Shown: positions 15,081 through 15,890 of the stretch, piece by piece | Layout of the letters: every line of letters starts with the position of its first letter | How positions within the stretch are numbered: the first letter of the stretch is position 1 | Source: Bacteriovoracaceae bacterium | GTDB lineage: Bacteria > Bdellovibrionota > Bacteriovoracia > Bacteriovoracales > Bacteriovoracaceae | Reading direction: 5' to 3' | Length of the DNA: 15,890 bases | Assembly (NCBI GenBank): GCA_049599895.1 | Contig: JBMYPC010000069.1 | Coordinates: 1 to 15,890, forward strand | Notes under the pieces: generated by a model | Seen by the model: the letters and a program-made list of their open reading frames with translations, nothing else | What the model was told of the DNA's origin: nothing | The model's database searches: none | Program-made: the position numbers and the translations under genes

Positions 15081-15890
15081 TTACTGCCTAAACTTATTAC
15101 AACTTTTCTCGTTTCCCTCAACACAACTTCTATAGGAATACTTGAGGCTTAATTTTTCATTTAAATCACTTGCAGACGTAAGTTTCAAATAGTAGCAGGC
15201 TTTAATTATCTTACCATGAACACAGGCTTTTCTTAAAAGATTTTGCCGTTTAAGTTTATCAGTAGAGCTTTGTGCTAATTCTAAACAACCGAGAAAATAG
15301 TTTTGGTCACACATTTTTTGATAGAGGTTTAAGGCCTCCTCCTTTTGATTTACCCTTTCAAGGTTCTTAGCATAATCTAAACAATTTTCAACCGGTTCTT
15401 TTAAACAGGCCCTTCTCGATGACTCAGTCTCCTTCAGTAGCTCAAGCTTCTGGCAGGCATACTTTGAACCAAGAGTGCAGCCACTATCGAGAGATTGTAC
15501 CAAGGGCTTCTCTAATTCAGACCGAGAGGGGTCATTAATCATTTTAAAGTGACTTGCAATACTCGTATAAAAAACCTTTTCACAAGCAATATTAATCCCA
15601 ATGTGGGTACAAAGATCATGCAATTGTTTTCGATCCATTTTATCGAGTTTTTTTGCAAGGCGTTTGCAGTTATTATCGACTTTGCACTGTTGAGTGGCAT
15701 TGATCACATCATTCATCCCAGACTTCTCAAAAGAAAGTTTAAAGTCGGTTTGAAATTTAAGAAGGTTTCCCATAACCACTGACTGACAGGCACCTTGATC
15801 ACCATTTTGACAAGCCAGCTTTAAATCATCTGTGCTCATTTGGTTGATACTATTTACATAAATGGCAACAGGTCCCATAAAAAGACAGAG
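15081..15890 (-). CDS. Cysteine-rich Sel1-like (Hcp-type) repeat protein, probably membrane-anchored; 5' end lies outside the window
   Basis: Repeated C-x7/8-C units (ACQNGDQGAC, GCTLGSKYAC, MCDQNYFLGC, ACVHGKIIKAC, SCVEGNEKSC). The frame is open to the window edge (LCLF-MGPVAIYV, hydrophobic). Confidence 0.72.
   Translation of the reverse strand, partial: LCLFMGPVAIYVNSINQMSTDDLKLACQNGDQGACQSVVMGNLLKFQTDFKLSFEKSGMNDVINATQQCKVDNNCKRLAKKLDKMDRKQLHDLCTHIGINIACEKVFYTSIASHFKMINDPSRSELEKPLVQSLDSGCTLGSKYACQKLELLKETESSRRACLKEPVENCLDYAKNLERVNQKEEALNLYQKMCDQNYFLGCLELAQSSTDKLKRQNLLRKACVHGKIIKACYYLKLTSASDLNEKLSLKYSYRSCVEGNEKSCNKFRQ

Overview
AT-rich bacterial chromosome segment of mostly housekeeping and signalling genes. 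The gene set and protein style suggest Bdellovibrionota (Bacteriovorax/Halobacteriovorax-like); this is an inference. The minus strand carries a probable run sucC-sucD-ndk, a double receiver-domain protein, a CheY-like protein and carD/cdnL. It ends in the first 18 codons of uvrB, which stop abruptly at a 29-bp foreign TG...CA-type end at the window edge (probably an IS inserted into uvrB). The middle holds a YtnP-like metallo-beta-lactamase-fold hydrolase, a GYF_2 membrane protein, an orphan hutG, a small hypothetical gene and a YceI protein. These are followed by a three-subunit sdhCAB operon, a secreted hypothetical, a degenerate receiver/HD-GYP-like protein and a partial Cys-rich Sel1-like repeat protein. 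The best non-coding signal is an unannotated ~90-nt candidate small RNA (about 8622 to 8534, minus strand). It lies between a near-consensus sigma54 promoter and a strong intrinsic terminator, and has an ANGGA-loop hairpin and a GU-rich 5' end. Also notable: a hairpin burying the RBS and start codon of the gene after sdhB, and leaderless-type divergent promoters at 7448-7511.
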